A DNA stretch of 64,000 nucleotides from Planctomycetota bacterium (GTDB taxonomy: Bacteria > Planctomycetota > UBA1135 > UBA2386): positions 5,952,001 to 6,016,000 of the forward strand of contig OZ245838.1 of the NCBI GenBank assembly GCA_965228735.1, written 5' to 3'. The translations under genes and the position numbers were made by a program. Within the stretch, counting starts at the first letter, position 1. Each line of letters starts with the position of its first letter. This document shows positions 35,749-45,404 of this stretch, piece by piece. The notes under the pieces were generated by a model. It saw only the letters and a program-made list of their open reading frames with translations. It was not told the DNA's origin and made no database searches.

Positions 35749-37998
35749 TCAGTCGTCGAGCCGCAGCAGCGGCGTCTTGCCGCGTGGATCCTGCAGAACG
35801 AGCGCGTTGGCGACACCGTTCTCGCCGAGTTCGATCGTCAGCGTCACGGGGATGCCCTCGATCGGGTAGGCCCCGTCCTTGGCCCGCTCGACGGCGAGTC
35901 GCAGTTCGTTGTCCGGCATGACGAACCAGGCCTCGCCGTCGTGCACACGCAACTCGACGATCGCGTCGCGCAGCGGCGTGTCCGTCTTCTCCGCCTGGTA
36001 GCGGGCGCCCAACGCGCTCGCGAACCGGGTCTTCAACTCGGCTTCGTCGCGCGCGATCTCGGCCGGCGTTCGCGTGAGCCGTTGCACGCCGATGGGCATG
36101 GTGAACAGGTCCTCGGCTGGCGTGATCCACTCCGCCGCCATGATCGTCATCACGTGTTCCTGCCCGTCCTCGGCGCGGAAGCGCGTGATGCGCTCGGGCA
36201 GCGTCAGCCCCTCGATGTCCTGGCTGCCCTGCAGGATCAGCGTCGAGAGCCCCGTGCCCTCGCTGCCGACCAGGCGGCCGCCGTCGACGTCGAAGTAGAA
36301 CGTGCGCGTCAGAAGAGCGCCGTCCTCGGCTTCGCCGATCACGTTTCGCACGCGCCAGCAGTCCGTCTCGGCGAAGCGCGCGGGTTCGGGCGGCATCGCG
36401 TTCTCGGGGCATGCTGGCGCGAACAGATCGCGCAGCGGGAACAGCATCTGGTGTTCGCGCAGCTCCTCGCCCCTGATGATCCGCGGCCCCTGCGGCTCGA
36501 TGGCCCACGCCATGTCGCCGTCGAACGTGTAGGACAGCCCGCCCTCGTCGAGGTCGAGATGCCAACGGTTCGGCGCGACGAGCGTCCAGGTCATGGGCTC
36601 GGGCTCGAGGCCGCGCAGCGGGATCGCCCACGTGCCGCGCAGCTGCAGCGCCTCGCCGGGGCGGTCGAGCCGGTCCGGAGCGACCGCTTCGTTGTGGGCG
36701 TCGAACAGCGCCGTGGCTGCGGGCACGTCTTTCGGGGCCCTCACGTCCGCGTCCGGCTGCACCTCGGCGACCGCATCCGATCGCCGGCGATGGTCGAGAC
36801 AACGCATGTCACCGAGGCTGTTGCGCACGTAGACGAGTCCGTCGACGAGCACGGGCGTGGTCCAGTAGACGCCGCCGTCGAGCACCTTCTGGCGCGAGAG
36901 TTCCTTGAACTCGCCGGGCGTCGCCGCCGCGACGATCAGCTCGCCGTCCGAGGTCAGGATCAGCAGCCGGTCGCCCGCCAGGGTCAGCGCGCCGAGCCCG
37001 AGCCCGCGCTTGCGCCACTTGGAACGGCCGTTCGTGTCGATGCAGCGCAGCATCGACTCGTCGAAGCCGTAGAGGTGGCCGTCATGCAGAACGCACGCGG
37101 TGACCTTGTTGCGCATGAAGCGGTTGGCCCACGTCTTGAGCGCCGCCTTGTCGTCGCCGAGCTGCAGCATCGCGCAGCCCTTGTCGTAGGCCGTGGACAG
37201 GAACACCCGGTTCTCGTCGATCACGAGCGGGGCCGCGCAGTGCACGGCGTTGCCCTTGAGCGGCCACGGGTAGTCGTGGAGCACTGCGCCCGTCGTGCGT
37301 TCGAACACGTAGAACATCGGGCCGAGCACGGCAGCGATCGCCGGCTTGCCACGGGCAGTCAGCAGCGTCGGATCGGAGTAGGCCATGTCGCCCTCGTCCT
37401 TGCTCTGCCACACGAGGTCGCCCGATTTGCGATCGAAGGCGGCGAGCACGCCGCCGAACTGCAGGTAGATGTGATCGCCTTCCACGATCGGCGACGCGCA
37501 GAAGCCGTGGAACGTCTTCTCGAGCTTCAGCTCGGCGTCGTAGTCGCGAGCCCACGCGACCTTGCCCGTCGCGAGCTCGAGCACGTGGAACTTGCCGTGC
37601 CGGCTGAGGCAGTAGACGAGACCGCCGGCGATCGCAGGCGTGGTCAGCGTGCCGCCGCCGTGATACTGCGGCTTGTCCGTGGCCGCGAACTCGAAGCGCC
37701 AGAGCTCCGCGCCCGTCTTGCTGTCGAGGCAGAGGACACGGTCGACGCCCGCGCCTTCGTCGAACCCCATCGTCACGAGCCGGCCAGCGACGATGGACGG
37801 GCACGAGTAGCCGCGGCCGACGTTCTTGCTCCAGAGCGGGTCGGGGCGTCCGGCGGCGGCCCAGTTGCTCGCCGCGACCGCGCCCGTGCGGTCCGGACCG
37901 CGATAGTGCGGCCAGGCGTCGTTTCCCACCTCTGCTTGTGGCAGCGGGACGGACAGGATGGCGGACAGGGCGGCGGCGACACCGGCGGACATCGTCAT
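35749..37998 (-). CDS. PQQ-binding-like beta-propeller protein with an extra ~300-aa C-terminal domain
   Basis: WPHYRGP, TGAELW blades, WTTPVLVDGLVYVRN, then an additional beta-rich domain. Confidence 0.85.
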   Translation of the reverse strand: MTMSAGVAAALSAILSVPLPQAEVGNDAWPHYRGPDRTGAVAASNWAAAGRPDPLWSKNVGRGYSCPSIVAGRLVTMGFDEGAGVDRVLCLDSKTGAELWRFEFAATDKPQYHGGGTLTTPAIAGGLVYCLSRHGKFHVLELATGKVAWARDYDAELKLEKTFHGFCASPIVEGDHIYLQFGGVLAAFDRKSGDLVWQSKDEGDMAYSDPTLLTARGKPAIAAVLGPMFYVFERTTGAVLHDYPWPLKGNAVHCAAPLVIDENRVFLSTAYDKGCAMLQLGDDKAALKTWANRFMRNKVTACVLHDGHLYGFDESMLRCIDTNGRSKWRKRGLGLGALTLAGDRLLILTSDGELIVAAATPGEFKELSRQKVLDGGVYWTTPVLVDGLVYVRNSLGDMRCLDHRRRSDAVAEVQPDADVRAPKDVPAATALFDAHNEAVAPDRLDRPGEALQLRGTWAIPLRGLEPEPMTWTLVAPNRWHLDLDEGGLSYTFDGDMAWAIEPQGPRIIRGEELREHQMLFPLRDLFAPACPENAMPPEPARFAETDCWRVRNVIGEAEDGALLTRTFYFDVDGGRLVGSEGTGLSTLILQGSQDIEGLTLPERITRFRAEDGQEHVMTIMAAEWITPAEDLFTMPIGVQRLTRTPAEIARDEAELKTRFASALGARYQAEKTDTPLRDAIVELRVHDGEAWFVMPDNELRLAVERAKDGAYPIEGIPVTLTIELGENGVANALVLQDPRGKTPLLRLDD

Positions 37999-38032
37999 GC
38001 CGCGAAGTGTAGCGGCACCCACGACCAAACGA

Positions 38033-38098
38033 GCCCGTACGGTACCCGGTTCGAGGTGCAAGGCATGCCTTGCACCTCGAACCGGGTACCGTACGGGC
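38033..38098. repeat. Perfect 66-bp palindrome with no spacer
   Basis: 38033-38065 GCCCGTACGGTACCCGGTTCGAGGTGCAAGGCA is the exact reverse complement of 38066-38098. Confidence 0.97.
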
Positions 38099-38101
38099 CC
38101 G

Positions 38102-40183
38102 TCAGTAGTCTTGCCACTCGCCGCGGACCCAGATGCGGATCGAGTGGTCCGCGGGGTCGCGGCTGGCGGGGATGCCGGCGAGGGTGAGGAGGTCGATGCG
38201 GTCGAACCGCTGGTCGGGGCCGATCGCGTCCGGATTGTCGAACTCGCCCAGCGCGTCATAGATCATGCGGATGCGGGGAGAGCGCCCGTTCTTCAGCACC
38301 TTGCGCCACGGCGCCGCGAGCCAGCGGCGGGCGAGGTGACGCTGCACGTTGATCGGCATCGCGCGGATCGTGTCGCGGTGCAGCTCGATCCAGCGTCTCG
38401 GAATCGACGGGTCGGCCACGCTTCCCGAATCCGCGGCGGCGGCGGCGACCGCGGCGGCGACGAGAACGGGGGTGTCGCAGTAGTGCTCGTTGAGCCGGAG
38501 CATCGCGCGAAACACGGCTCGGTTCCGGCGCACGAACGCGGCCAGTTCGGGCGCTTCGGCGTCGAGCTCGGTGACGAAGACCCGGAAGAGCAACTCGACC
38601 GGCTGGCCGTCGAGCATCGGCGGCGCGCTCGCATAGCTCGTGATCCGCTGCACCGTGACCTCGTAGTCCTCCGTGGCCTCGAGGTCGGACCAGGTGGCCT
38701 CGACCTCGGGCACGGGGCCGACGTCGCCGAGGGCCTTGTGCAGCGTGCGCGCCGCGCGCTGCGGCCGTTCTCCGAGCGCCAACCGCGGCGAATAGCCGGC
38801 GCTCAGCAACGCCCACATCATGTCGCCGCCGAGCGGGATCTCGACGTCCTTGCCGGCGTAGAACGCGGTGCGGACGTCGTCGTACCGGCGGGTGCCGATC
38901 GCCCTGAGCAAGGCGTCGCGGTCGAGGTGGCCGTGCTCGATGGCGTGGCCGACGAGCCACGGCGTGAGCCGTTCGATCGCGAGGCTCTGCAGCGGCCCGC
39001 TCGGATCCCGCAGGTCGAACAGGGCGTGCCAATCAGTCGGCGCCGGTCCCGGCCCGGGCGCCGGTGTTGCCCTTCGAGCCGAGTCGATCACCGTTCGGTT
39101 CGCCGCGGCGCGGCGCTCGAGCCACGCGACCCACGGGAGCATCGCGCCGGGCGCGATGTCACTCGTCACCGCGGCGAGCGCGAGGTCCGGCCGGCAGTCG
39201 ACGTTCGTCAGCAGCAGGTCGAGGCGCGCGTTCACGCGCGCGCTCTCGGGGGTGGTCGCGTCGGGCAGTTCGCCCGTGGCGTCGATCGCGGCCCGTCGCG
39301 CGCGGGCCGGCGCCAGTTGCCCGAACGTGCGCCGCAGGACCCGGCGCTCGACCGGGCGCAGCCAGTGGCCCGCGCCCGCGCACTCGATGTGGTTGGCGTT
39401 GAGCACGTAGAGGCGGCCGTCGCCTGCGCGCACCGCTCGGCGGAATCGCGCGTTCTCGGCTTCCGACACGAAGTAGTCGGCGTTCTGCGGCAGGAAGCAC
39501 AGCAGCGGGCACGGCGCGTTCGCAAGCGCGCCGAAGACGTCGATGTCCGCGACCTCGCCGACGAACAGGTCGACGAACCGGGCCAGCGGGGTCCACAGCA
39601 CGTCGTCGATCACGTTGAACGCAACGGTGCGCGGGTCGATCGGCGCGATGACGGTCCAGAGTGCCGGACGGATGCCGGCGTGGACGAGGGCGCTGCCGCC
39701 GACCGTGCCGAGCGACGTCGTGCGCAGCACGATGCGTTCTTCGTCGCCGCCGACGCGGTCGAGCGCGGCCTGCCACATGGCGGTCGTGTCGGCGACGAGG
39801 TTCTGCACGTCGCGTTCGCCGGACGAGGCGCCGACGCCGCGATAGTCGAGCATCAACGACGCGTAGCCGAGATCGCGCAGCTCCCACAGGACGGGGTAGC
39901 CGCAGACGCCGAGCGCGCTGACCTCGGGCTGGCAGCCGGCCGTGGCCGAGCTGCGGGCCTCGAGCACGTGCAGGACGAGCGGGCCGCTGGCTCGGTCGGG
40001 CGCCGGCACGTAGACGCCGCGCAGCGTCTCGCCGTGGACCGGGACCTCGATGATCTCGGTCGCGGGCGGCAGCAGCGCGCGGTCGAAGCCGTCGTGCCCG
40101 CCGGCCATGACGGCGGGCGGGCTGATGCAGGCGGGCAGCAGCGCGAGCGCTGTCAGGGCGGCGATCCGGGCACGGGTCGTCAT
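38102..40183 (-). CDS. Putative lipoprotein with an N-terminal alpha/beta-hydrolase-like domain and an unknown C-terminal region
   Basis: Lipobox-like LLPAC, GYASLMLDYRGVGASSG, RIVLRTTSLG nucleophile-elbow-like motif, ANH. Confidence 0.65.
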   Translation of the reverse strand: MTTRARIAALTALALLPACISPPAVMAGGHDGFDRALLPPATEIIEVPVHGETLRGVYVPAPDRASGPLVLHVLEARSSATAGCQPEVSALGVCGYPVLWELRDLGYASLMLDYRGVGASSGERDVQNLVADTTAMWQAALDRVGGDEERIVLRTTSLGTVGGSALVHAGIRPALWTVIAPIDPRTVAFNVIDDVLWTPLARFVDLFVGEVADIDVFGALANAPCPLLCFLPQNADYFVSEAENARFRRAVRAGDGRLYVLNANHIECAGAGHWLRPVERRVLRRTFGQLAPARARRAAIDATGELPDATTPESARVNARLDLLLTNVDCRPDLALAAVTSDIAPGAMLPWVAWLERRAAANRTVIDSARRATPAPGPGPAPTDWHALFDLRDPSGPLQSLAIERLTPWLVGHAIEHGHLDRDALLRAIGTRRYDDVRTAFYAGKDVEIPLGGDMMWALLSAGYSPRLALGERPQRAARTLHKALGDVGPVPEVEATWSDLEATEDYEVTVQRITSYASAPPMLDGQPVELLFRVFVTELDAEAPELAAFVRRNRAVFRAMLRLNEHYCDTPVLVAAAVAAAAADSGSVADPSIPRRWIELHRDTIRAMPINVQRHLARRWLAAPWRKVLKNGRSPRIRMIYDALGEFDNPDAIGPDQRFDRIDLLTLAGIPASRDPADHSIRIWVRGEWQDY

Positions 40184-40234
40184 GGCGGGCGACACACGCT
40201 ACTCGTAGACCGCTCGATGGGGCAAACTCCCACG

Positions 40235-40708
40235 ATGCCCGACGACGACCAGCGCGCCGCACTCCGAGGTGAGTTCCACTTCAGCACCGAGGTGCGCGTG
40301 CGCCTGCCCGAAACCGACGCGATGGGCGTCGTCTTCCACGGCAACTACTTCACGTACCTCGAGGTCGGCCGCGTCGACTACCTGCTCAACCTCGGTCTCA
40401 CGGAGGGCAATCGCCCGATTCGCGACTTCGAGAACGTCGTCGTCTCGGCGCATCTCGATTTTCGGGCGCCGGCCCGGCTGCACGACCTCCTCAAGATCGA
40501 GGTGCGGGTGGCGGAGATCCGCACCGCGAGCATTCGCTTCGAGTTCCGGCTGCGCAATCGGCGGACGAACGAGCTCGTCGCCGAGGGGCACACCGTGCAC
40601 TGCGCCATCGCCGACGACTTTCGGCCGATGCCGGTGCCCGAATCGTTCCGCGTGACGATCCAGGAATTCGAGCAGCGTTCGTTCGAGTTGCCCCCGAAGC
40701 CCGAATAG
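40235..40708 (+). CDS. Acyl-CoA thioesterase (4HBT/YbgC family)
   Basis: ETDAMGVVFHGNYFTYLEVGR hot-dog motif; alternative ATG at 40217. Confidence 0.9.
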   Translation: MPDDDQRAALRGEFHFSTEVRVRLPETDAMGVVFHGNYFTYLEVGRVDYLLNLGLTEGNRPIRDFENVVVSAHLDFRAPARLHDLLKIEVRVAEIRTASIRFEFRLRNRRTNELVAEGHTVHCAIADDFRPMPVPESFRVTIQEFEQRSFELPPKPE

Positions 40709-40718
40709 TGCGTTGCCC

Positions 40719-40907
40719 TCAGATCGACTCGGGCTCGGCGTCGACGCGCCACGCGTCACTGCCCTCGGAGCGCACGTGCAGGACGACCGGGCTGCAGCAC
40801 ACCGGACAATCCTCGACGTAGGTCTGCTCGTCGCCCGCGGACGGGTCGATCGGGACGACGATCGTCTCGCCGCAGAACGGGCAGGTGTAGTCCGATTCCG
40901 GCAGCAT
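40719..40907 (-). CDS. CPXCG motif-containing cysteine-rich protein
   Basis: YTCPFCGE...DPS...QTYVEDCPVCCSP. Confidence 0.9.
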   Translation of the reverse strand: MLPESDYTCPFCGETIVVPIDPSAGDEQTYVEDCPVCCSPVVLHVRSEGSDAWRVDAEPESI

Positions 40908-40920
40908 CGCAGAACGGGAC

Positions 40921-43494
40921 TCAGCGCGCGGCGAGTTCGGCGGCCAGGGCCTTGGCCTGCTGCGCGAGCGGATGCTCGGCGGTCAGGTCGGCGGTGAGGA
41001 TCGCGATCGCGCGGTCCGCGGCCGTCCTCGCCTCCGGCGAGTCCGTCGCGGCCAGGGCGCGGGCGTGAAGGAGCCAGGTGATGCCGACGGTGCCGCGCGG
41101 CAGCTGCTCGGCCGTAGCCGTGTCGTCGAGGGCCGCGAGCATCTCGTTGCTCGCCTCCAGCGCGCGCGCCGGACGTTCGCCCGTCAGCAGTGCGTGCATC
41201 AGGTTGTGGGCCGTCGAGAACGTGCCGGGGTGGGCGCGGCCCTTGACGCGGCGGTTGGTCGCGTAGGCCCGCTCCATGTGGGCGATCGCCGCGTCGAAGT
41301 CGCCGGCCTGCAGGCGGGCGACCGCGAGCGCCTGCAGCACGTCCATCGTGCGCGGGTCGTCCGCGCCGAACGTGCGCTCGCAGCGCGGCAGCATCGTGCG
41401 CGCGACCTCCTCGAGCTCGTCGCGGTCGCCCTTGTGGTGCAACGCCTTGAGCAGGTGATAGGCCGCGCCGAGCGTGACCTGGTGGTCGGGACCCGCGAGC
41501 TCTTCGAACGCGGTGTAGGCCTCGCGATGCCGCGCGATCGCGCGGTCGATCTCGCCGACCGCGAGCCACGCCTCGCCGAGGCTGTCGGCGATCTGCCACC
41601 GCGATGCCGGTGGGTGGTCGGACCGATCGGCGCGATCGACGGCGGCCGTGAGCATGTCGCGCGCAGCCTCGTTGTCGTACTGCATCAGGAGGAGCAGTCC
41701 GAGGCTGTGCATCGCGACGATCGTGGCTTCGGCGTCGGGTCCGAGCAGGCGTTCGCGGGCGGCGACGACTTCGTGCAGGAGCGCGTTGGCTTCGTCAAGC
41801 CGGCCCTCGTGCCGCATGAGGTAGGCGTCGTGGAACTGCAGCTTCCACCAGCGCGGATCGTCGGCCAGCTCAGCGGCGTTCTGCGCCTCGGTCAGTGTGG
41901 CCTTGGAGTCGTCGAGCAGCCGGCGCGCGTCGGCGACCCGGTTCTGTTCGCGCAGGGCGACGACGAGGGCGATCGACGTGTCGACCGCGTTCGTCGAATG
42001 CGCGCCTTCGGCCTCGAGCCACAGCGTCCGCGCGCGCAGCAGGTGGCGCTCGGCGATCACGGGCGCCGACAGGCTGCGATACGTGTCGCCGACGAGCTGG
42101 CGCAGCTCGGCCTCGATCGCCGGTGACTCGAACCGTTCGCGCTCGAGGGCGGCGGCGGCCTCGTCGAGCGCCTCCCGCACGGTGTAGTCGACCCCCTTCG
42201 TGCGCATCAGCGCGGACTCCGCGAGGAAGTCGCGGGCGAACTGCGCCACGCGTTGGGCGACACGTTCGCGGCGCGCGAGTTCGCGGTTCTGCCAGAGCAC
42301 GACGGCCAGCGCGACCGTCGCGAACGCGGCGATCACGATCAGCGAGCCGACGAGGCCGCGCCGCCGCCGCGCGAACATCCGGAGCTGGTAGAGGGTGCTC
42401 GGCGCGCGGGCGCGCACCGGCCGATTGTCGAGGAACGCGCGCAGATCGTCGGCGAATTCAGCGACCGCGGAGTAGCGCTCGTTGGGGTCGCGCCGCAGCG
42501 CCTTCTGCAGCACGACCTCGAGGTCGCGGTCCGCGCCCTTGAGGACGGTCGACAGCCGCGGGGCCTGCTGGTTCTCGACGGTCTTCGCGACCGCGAGCGG
42601 TGTCGTCTCGTCGAACACGAACGGGCGGCGGCCGGCGAGCAGCTCGAACGCGACGACCGCGAGCGAATAGATGTCACTGCGGAGGTCGACGGCCTGGCCA
42701 CGGAGCTGCTCCGGGCTCATGTAGTGCAGGGTGCCGAGCACGACACCGCCGTCGGTCATCGAGACGGCGGGCGTGTCCTGTGCCATGCTGCGCGCGATGC
42801 CGAAGTCGATCACCTTCGCGCGGCCGCGCGAATCGACGAGCACGTTCTGTGGCTTGAGGTCGCGGTGCACGACGCCGTGCAGGTGGCCGTGGTGTACGGC
42901 GTCGCAGACCTGCAACAGGAGCTCGAGGCGCGCGCGCTGGTCGAGGCCGTGCTCGTCGGCGTAGGAGACGAGGTCCAACGCGTCGGGCACGAGCTCCATC
43001 GCGAACCACGGCAGCTCGATCCGGCCGGCCCCGTGGACGCCGACTGCGAAGACCTGCGCGATGCCCGGGTGCTGCAGCCGCGCGAGCACCTCGGCCTCCC
43101 AGCGGAATCGCCGCGCGGCCTGGTCGTTCGCGAGCGCGAGCGAGAGCACCTTGAGGGCGACGCGGCGCCGCGGCTCGGACTGCTGCGCGGCGTAGACCGT
43201 CCCCATGCCGCCGCTGCCGAGCACCTCTTGCAGTTCGTAGTCCCCGATGCGGCCGCCGAGGTCGAGGCCGGCCCGGTCCACGTAGCGTTCGGCGCCGCGA
43301 TCGAGCAGGTCGGAGACGCCGCTCTCGACCTCGTCGAGCGCGAGCAGCTCCTCGACCTCGGCCCGCACGGAGCCGTCGCCCTCGCCGCAGCGTTCGTCGA
43401 GGAACGCGGTCCGTTCCTCGGCCGGCAGGTCGAGGGCGTGCTCGAACAGCTCCCGGACGCGCCGGAACGCGGTTGTCGGTTCACCGCGTGGCAC
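40921..43494 (-). CDS. Serine/threonine protein kinase with TM helix and TPR repeats
   Basis: GSGGMG, VALK, HRDLKPQN, DFG, GTLHYMSPEQ, then a TM helix and kinesin-light-chain-like TPRs (LGPD/HP.TL). Confidence 0.94.
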   Translation of the reverse strand: MPRGEPTTAFRRVRELFEHALDLPAEERTAFLDERCGEGDGSVRAEVEELLALDEVESGVSDLLDRGAERYVDRAGLDLGGRIGDYELQEVLGSGGMGTVYAAQQSEPRRRVALKVLSLALANDQAARRFRWEAEVLARLQHPGIAQVFAVGVHGAGRIELPWFAMELVPDALDLVSYADEHGLDQRARLELLLQVCDAVHHGHLHGVVHRDLKPQNVLVDSRGRAKVIDFGIARSMAQDTPAVSMTDGGVVLGTLHYMSPEQLRGQAVDLRSDIYSLAVVAFELLAGRRPFVFDETTPLAVAKTVENQQAPRLSTVLKGADRDLEVVLQKALRRDPNERYSAVAEFADDLRAFLDNRPVRARAPSTLYQLRMFARRRRGLVGSLIVIAAFATVALAVVLWQNRELARRERVAQRVAQFARDFLAESALMRTKGVDYTVREALDEAAAALERERFESPAIEAELRQLVGDTYRSLSAPVIAERHLLRARTLWLEAEGAHSTNAVDTSIALVVALREQNRVADARRLLDDSKATLTEAQNAAELADDPRWWKLQFHDAYLMRHEGRLDEANALLHEVVAARERLLGPDAEATIVAMHSLGLLLLMQYDNEAARDMLTAAVDRADRSDHPPASRWQIADSLGEAWLAVGEIDRAIARHREAYTAFEELAGPDHQVTLGAAYHLLKALHHKGDRDELEEVARTMLPRCERTFGADDPRTMDVLQALAVARLQAGDFDAAIAHMERAYATNRRVKGRAHPGTFSTAHNLMHALLTGERPARALEASNEMLAALDDTATAEQLPRGTVGITWLLHARALAATDSPEARTAADRAIAILTADLTAEHPLAQQAKALAAELAAR

Positions 43495-43612
43495 GGTCGA
43501 TCCGGGCAGGAGAATGCGGGGCGGAGCTCACCAGGGCAGAGAGCGTAATCGCTGGCCCGGCACCGCCAACTTTTGGCCGGTCCGGAAGCGACCGCCGTGC
43601 GAGAATCCGCGC

Positions 43613-44002
43613 ATGCGTAAGGCTCTGGCCGGGACCGTCTTCCTGCTCCTGATGCTGCTCCTGCTCCCGTGCGGGGGCTGCGCCGCGGTGCAGTTCGATC
43701 TGGGTGAGCTGCCGTTCGTCGTGAGCGCGAGTCCGCCGCCGGCGGGCGCCGCGGTCGAGCCGTTCGAGATCCGGGAGAAGGCGGCGCTCTACCTGCACGG
43801 GCTGTTCGGCGAGAGCGTGCCCGACATCGCCGGGCTGCTCGCGGAACGCTGCGGCGAGGACTGTGTGGGGGTGCACGACTTCCGCGTCGAGGTGTCGGCG
43901 TCGGGCCACGACTGGTTCCTCACCCATCTCACGTTGACGATCGTGCGGCTCAAGACGGTCACGATCCGGGGTTCGATCGCATCCGCCCGGGTGACGCCGT
44001 GA
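43613..44002 (+). CDS. Small putative lipoprotein (Bor-like)
   Basis: Hydrophobic signal ending GGC, FYLHGL, FLTHLTLTIVRLKTVTIRG; overlaps the sulfatase start (GTGA). Confidence 0.6.
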   Translation: MRKALAGTVFLLLMLLLLPCGGCAAVQFDLGELPFVVSASPPPAGAAVEPFEIREKAALYLHGLFGESVPDIAGLLAERCGEDCVGVHDFRVEVSASGHDWFLTHLTLTIVRLKTVTIRGSIASARVTP

Positions 44003-45381
44003 GTCGCGGCGCGTCCGGTCTCGCGTTCGTGGCCGCGCTGCATCTGGCCGCGCTGCACCTGGCGGCGCACGGTGCGGCGCAGGATCGGCCCAACATCGTC
44101 TTCGTCCTGACCGACGATCAGCGTCACGATGCGCTCGGGTGCGCCGGTCACCCGTTCTTGCAGACCCCACACATGGACGCGATCGCGGCGCGCGGCGAAC
44201 GCTTCACGAACTGCTTCGTCACGACGGCGATCTGCGCGGCGAGTCGCGCGAGCATCCTGACGGGTGCGTGGGAGGGCACGCACGGATACACGTTCGGCAA
44301 GCCGCCGCTAGCGGAGTCCCTGATCGAGAACTCCTGGCCGCGGTTGCTGCGGGGTGCCGGCTATCACACCGGCTTCGTCGGGAAGTGGGGCGTCAAGGAG
44401 CCGCGCGGGAGCCGCCAGACGATGTGGGACTCGTTCCGGGCGATGAGCGCGCCCTACCTGCGGCGGAACGACGCGGGCGGTGTCGTGCATCAGACGGACG
44501 CCGCGGCGCAGCACGCGGTCGAGTTCCTGCGCGCGGCACCTTCGGATCGGCCGTTCTGCCTCATGCTGAGCTTCAACGCGCCGCACGCGCACGACAGCAA
44601 CGAACAGCAGTACGTCCCGCCGCCGGCCCTCGCCGGGGTCTACGACGACGCCGAGGTGCCGATGCCGCCGCTCTGCGAACCCGAGTTCTTCGCGTCGTTG
44701 CCCGCGTTCCAGCGCGAGTCGCTCAACCGCGTGCGCTGGTTCTGGCGCTTCGATACCGAGGAGAAGCGGGTGCGCATGACGCGCAACTACTGCGCGATGA
44801 TCACGGGTGTGGACCGCGCGCTCGGTCGTGTGCTCGACGAGCTGCACGCGCTCGGGCGCGCCGACGACACGGTCGTGGTGTTCACGAGCGACAACGGCTA
44901 TTTCCTCGGGGAGCGCGGCTTCGCGGGGAAGTGGACGATCCACGAAGTCTCGGTGCGGGTGCCGTTGCTCGTGCACGACCCGCGCCGGCCGCGGCTCGAG
45001 GCTGCCGAGCTCGACCCGATCGTGCTCAACGTGGACGTGCCGTCGACGCTGCTCGATCTGGCGTCGGTCGAGGTGCCCGCGAGCTATCAGGGCCGCAGTC
45101 TGCTGCCGTTCCTGCGCGGCGAGACCCCGAAGTGGCGGGACGACTTCTTCTACGAGCATCGGATGAACCACGCGAAGATCCCCAAGTCGGAGGGCGTGCG
45201 CGGGAGTCGCTGGGTGTACGTGCGCTACTACGAGCAGGAGCCGGTGTTCGAGGAGCTCTACGACCTCGCGGCGGATCCGCATCAGCGTACGAACCTCGCC
45301 GCCGACCCGGCGCACGCAGCAACTCTCCGGGCGATGCGTCAACGCTGCAACGAACTGCGCGCGCGCTACGTCTCGGAGTAG
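43999..45381 (+). CDS. Sulfatase (formylglycine type)
   Basis: RPNIVFVLTDD, CAASRASILTG, GYHTGFVGKW, PH, FTSDNG, ELYDL..DP. Confidence 0.93.
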   Translation: MSRGASGLAFVAALHLAALHLAAHGAAQDRPNIVFVLTDDQRHDALGCAGHPFLQTPHMDAIAARGERFTNCFVTTAICAASRASILTGAWEGTHGYTFGKPPLAESLIENSWPRLLRGAGYHTGFVGKWGVKEPRGSRQTMWDSFRAMSAPYLRRNDAGGVVHQTDAAAQHAVEFLRAAPSDRPFCLMLSFNAPHAHDSNEQQYVPPPALAGVYDDAEVPMPPLCEPEFFASLPAFQRESLNRVRWFWRFDTEEKRVRMTRNYCAMITGVDRALGRVLDELHALGRADDTVVVFTSDNGYFLGERGFAGKWTIHEVSVRVPLLVHDPRRPRLEAAELDPIVLNVDVPSTLLDLASVEVPASYQGRSLLPFLRGETPKWRDDFFYEHRMNHAKIPKSEGVRGSRWVYVRYYEQEPVFEELYDLAADPHQRTNLAADPAHAATLRAMRQRCNELRARYVSE

Positions 45382-45404
45382 GCAGGCGCTCTAATGGCGG
45401 GCGC

